A program made the translations under genes and the position numbers. From the human T2T-CHM13v2.0 reference genome, Homo sapiens, in the NCBI RefSeq assembly GCF_009914755.1, contig NC_060947.1: a stretch of DNA of 64,000 nt; one strand, given 5' to 3'. The notes under the pieces are model-generated. The model ran no database searches. It saw only the letters and a program-made list of their open reading frames with translations, and had not been told where the DNA came from. Below, piece by piece: positions 60,043 through 64,000 of the stretch (positions are counted from its first letter, which is position 1; each line of letters opens with the position of its first letter).

Positions 60043-60569
60043 TATTATTCTATTTTATTTTTATTCAGATTACACATTCCTTTTTTAAGGGCAATTTAAA
60101 AATACCAATAGTTAATATTATGCTTACAGAATCACATGTGAGCATTAAAGAGTTCTAATTTTTACTTTTTTTATATGCCAGGTACTGCTTTATTTTTTTG
60201 TTTGTTTCAGTACAATTTTGGGGCACAACTGGTGTTTGATTAAATGGGTAAGTTCTTTAGTGGTGATTTCTGAGATTTTGGTGCATCCATCATCTGAGCA
60301 GTGTACACTAACCAATGTATAATCTTTTGTACCTAAACCCCTCACACTCTTTCACCCAAGTCCCCAAAGTCCATTGTTATCATTCCTTTTTACCATTGTA
60401 TCATGCCTTTTCATCCTCACAGCTTAGCTCCTGCTTATGAATGAGAACATACAATGTTTGGTTTTTATCATTCCTGAGTTACTTCACTTAGAATAATGGC
60501 ATCCAATTTCATCCAGGTTGCCACAAATGCCATTATTTCATTCCTTTTTATGGCTGAGTAGTAATCCAT

Positions 60570-60611
60570 GGTGTGTGTGTGTATATATATATTATATATA
60601 TATATATATAT
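60570..60611. repeat. Compound (TG)n(TA)n microsatellite
   Basis: gtgtgtgtgtgtatatatatattatatatatatatatatat. Confidence 0.9.
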
Positions 60612-61079
60612 TTATCACAATTTCTTCATCTAATCATTGATTGATGGGCATTTGGGCTGGTTCCATATTTTTGCAATTGCTAATTGTGCTGCTATAAACA
60701 TTTGTGGAAAAGTATCTTTTTTGTATAATGACTTCTTTTCCGCTGGGTGGATATGTAGCAGTGAAGTTGCTGAATCAAATGGTAATTCTACTTTTAGTTC
60801 TTTAAGGAATCTCCACACTGTTTTCCATAGCGGTTTTACTAGTTTACATTCCCACCAGCATTGTAAATGTGTTCCCTTTTCTCCACATCCATGCCAATAT
60901 CTATTATTTGTTTATTTCTTGATTATAGCCATTCTTGCAGGAATAAGGTGATATCACATTGTGGTTTTGATTTGCATTTCTCTGATAATTAGTGATGTGG
61001 TGCATGTTTTCATGCTTGTTGTCCATTTGCATATCTTTTTTTTTGAGAATTGTCTATTCATGTCCTTAGCCCACTTTTT

Positions 61080-61375
61080 TTTTTTTTTTTTTTTGAGATG
61101 TAGTCTCACTCTGTCACCCAGGCTGGAGTGCAGTTGCACGATCTCGGCTCACTACAAGCTCCAACACCCTGGTTCACGCCATTCTCCTGCCTCAGCCTCC
61201 CGAGTAGCTGAGACTGCAGGTGCCCACTACCACTCCCGGCTAATTTTTTGTAGTTTTAGTAGAGACGGGGTTTCATCATGTTAACCAGGATGATCTCAAT
61301 CTCCTGACCTCGTGATCCACCCACCTTGGCTGACCAAAATGTTGGGATTACAGGTGTGAGCCACCGCGCCCGGCC
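61080..61375 (-). mobile_element. AluY-like, full length
   Basis: caagctcc, ttcacgccattctcc and gacctcgtgatcc; TSD cttagc(c/t)cacttttt at 61065 and 61376. Confidence 0.95.
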
Positions 61376-64000
61376 CTTAGCTCACTTTTTTATGAGATTC
61401 TTTGTTGTTTTCTTGCTGATTTAAGTTTCTTGTAGATTCTGAATATCAGTCTTTTGTCTGATGTATAGATTGTGAAAATTGTTTCCCACTCTGTGGCTTG
61501 TCTGTTTATTCTGCTGATTGTTTCTTTTGCCGTGCAGAAGCTTTTTAGTTTAATTAAGTCCCATCTGTTTATTTTTGTTTTTGTTGCATTTGATTTTGGG
61601 TTCTTGGTAATGAAGTCTTTGCCTAAGCCAATGTCTAGAAGGGTATTTGTGATGTTATCTTATGGAATTTTTATAGTATTAGGACTTAGATTTAAGTCTT
61701 TGATCCATTTTGAGTTGATTTTTATATAAGATGAGAGATAAGTATCGAGTTTTATTATTCTACAATGGCTTGCCAATTATTCCAGCACCATTTGTTGAAT
61801 AGGGTATCCGTTTCCCACTTTATGTTTTTGTTCGCTTTGTCAAAAATAAGTTGGCCATAAGTATTTGGCTTTATTGCTGTGTTCTTCATTCTGTTCCATT
61901 GGTCTATGTGGCTATTTTTATACCAGTAGCATGCTGTTTTGGTGACTATGGCCTTATAGCACAGTTTCAAATCAGGTAATATGCCTCCAGATGTGTTATT
62001 TTTGCTTAGTTTTGCATTGGCTGTGTGGGCTTTTGTTTGTTTGTTTGTTCCATATAAATTTTAGGATTTATTTCTAGTTCTGTGAAGAAAGATGGTGGAA
62101 TTTTGATGGAAATTGCACTGAATTTGTAGATTGCTTTTGGCAGTGTCGTTATTTTCATAATATTGATTCTACCCATTTATGAGCATGGGATGTGTTTCTA
62201 TTTGTTTGTGTCATCTATGATTTCTTTCAGCAGTGTTCTGTAGTTTTCCTTGTAGAGGTCTTTCACCTCCTTAGTTAAGTATATTTCTAAGTTTTTGTTT
62301 GTTGTTTGTTTGCAGCTATTGTAAAAGGGCTTGAGTTCTTGATTTGATTCTCAGCTTAGGCAATGTTGGTGTATAGCAATGCTACTAATTTGTCTACTTT
62401 AATTTTGTATCCAGAAACTTTTTTGAATTTATTTATCAGTTCTAGATGATTTTTGGATGAGTCTTTAGGGTTTTCTAGGCATATAATCAAGTCATCAGCA
62501 AACAGTGACAATTTGACTTCCTCTTTTTCAATTTGGATGCCCTTTATTTCTTGCTTTTGTCTGATTGCTCTAGCTAGGACTTCCAGTACTATGTTGAATA
62601 GAAGTGGTGACAGTGGGCTTTCTCATTTTTTTCCAGTTCTCAGAGGGAATGCTTTCAACTTTTCCCCATTTAGTACTATGTTGGCTGTGGGTTTGTCATA
62701 GATGGCTTTATTACCTTAAGTTATGTCCCTTCTATACGTGATTTTGCTGTGGGCTTTAATCGTAAAGAACTGCTGGATTTTGTCAAATGCTTTTTCAGCA
62801 TCTATTGAGCTGATCATGTGATTTTTGTTTTTAATTCAGTTTATGTGTTCTATCACATTTATTGATTTGTGGATGTTGAACCATTTCTGCATCTCTGATA
62901 TGAAACCCACTTGATCATGGTGAATTATTTGTTTGATATGCTGTTGAATTCTGTTAGCTAGTATTTTATTAAAGATTTTTGCATCTATATTTATCAGGGT
63001 TACTGGACTCTAGCATTCTTTTTTTTGTTATGTCCTTTCCTGGTGTGGGTATTAGAGTGATACTGGCTTTATAGAATGATTTAGGGGGAATTCCTTTTTC
63101 TCTATCTTGTAGAATAGTGTCAATAGGATTGGTACCAATTCCTCATTAAATATCTGGTAGGATTTAGCTGTGAATCCATCTGGTCCTAAACTTTTTTGTT
63201 GTTGGAATTCTTTTATTACCATTTCAATCCTGTTGCTTTTTATTTGCCTGTTCAGAGTTTATATTTCTTCCTGTTTTAATCTAGGAGGGTTGTATATTTC
63301 CAAGAGTTTATCCATCTCTTCCAGATTTTCTAGTTTATGCACATAACAATGTTCACAGTAGCCCTGAATGATCTTTTTTTTATTTTTGTGGAATTGGTTG
63401 TAATATCTCCTGTTTCTTTTTTAAATGAGCCTATTTGGCTCTTTTCTTTCCTTTTCTTGGTAAATCTCACTAAAGGTTTATCAATTTTCATTATTTTTTC
63501 ATAGAAGCAGCATTTTTTTTCATTTATCTATTGTATTTTTGTTGCAATTTCACTTAGCTCTGCTCTAATCTTGGTTATTTCTTTTCTTATGCTGGATTTG
63601 GGTTTGGAATGTTCTTGTTTTTCTGGTTCCTTGAGGTATGACCTTATATTGTCTATTTGTGCTCTTTCAGACTGTTTCATGTAGGCATTTATGGCTATGA
63701 ACTTTTCACTTAGCACCACCTTTTCTGTATCCCAGAGGTTTTGATAGGTTTTGGCACTATTATCATTCACTTCAAAGAATTTTTAAATTTCCGTCTTGAT
63801 TTCATTGTTGACTCAATGATCATTCAGGAGCAGGTTATTTAATTTCCACATATTTGCATGGTTTTGAGGGTTCCTTTTGAAGATGATTTCCAATTTTATT
63901 CCACTGTGATCTGAGAAAGTACTTGCTATAATTTCGAATTTTTAATTTTATTGTCTTGTCTTGTGGCCTACAATATGGTCTATTTTGGAGAATGTTCCAT

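Larger units (their letters stand above)
60190..64000 (-). mobile_element. L1PB (L1PB1/2-like), runs off the right edge
   Basis: L1PB 3' end agttctttagtggtgatttctgagattttggtgca; ORF2 fragments, e.g. [13 protein letters not shown]. Confidence 0.9.

Overview
Primate (very likely human or great-ape) nuclear DNA made almost entirely of nested, decayed retrotransposons. By eye about 70% is LINE-1 of many ages (L1ME/L1MA to L1PB, L1PA15-16 and L1PA4-8). The window also holds one two-LTR HERV-K(HML-3)/HERVK9 provirus (MER9 LTRs, 17717-24534, minus strand, ACATGT target-site duplication), one two-LTR THE1D MaLR element, six Alus, small MIR/MER remnants and a few short non-repetitive islands. I see no intact protein-coding gene, RNA gene or CRISPR array. 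The listed ORFs are broken L1/ERV frames or chance ORFs. I cannot support a claim of a new biological system. The most notable signals are mechanistic: (1) two independent Alus inserted at the same nucleotide of two different L1PB copies; (2) several fold-back/template-switch palindromes; (3) a twin-priming 5' inversion; (4) an L1-L1 chimera; (5) insertion-associated deletions; (6) a ~540 bp unidentified insert in an L1MA; (7) a dense STAT/BCL6-like motif array in the main unique island. Subfamily names come from remembered diagnostic sequence, not from a RepeatMasker run.
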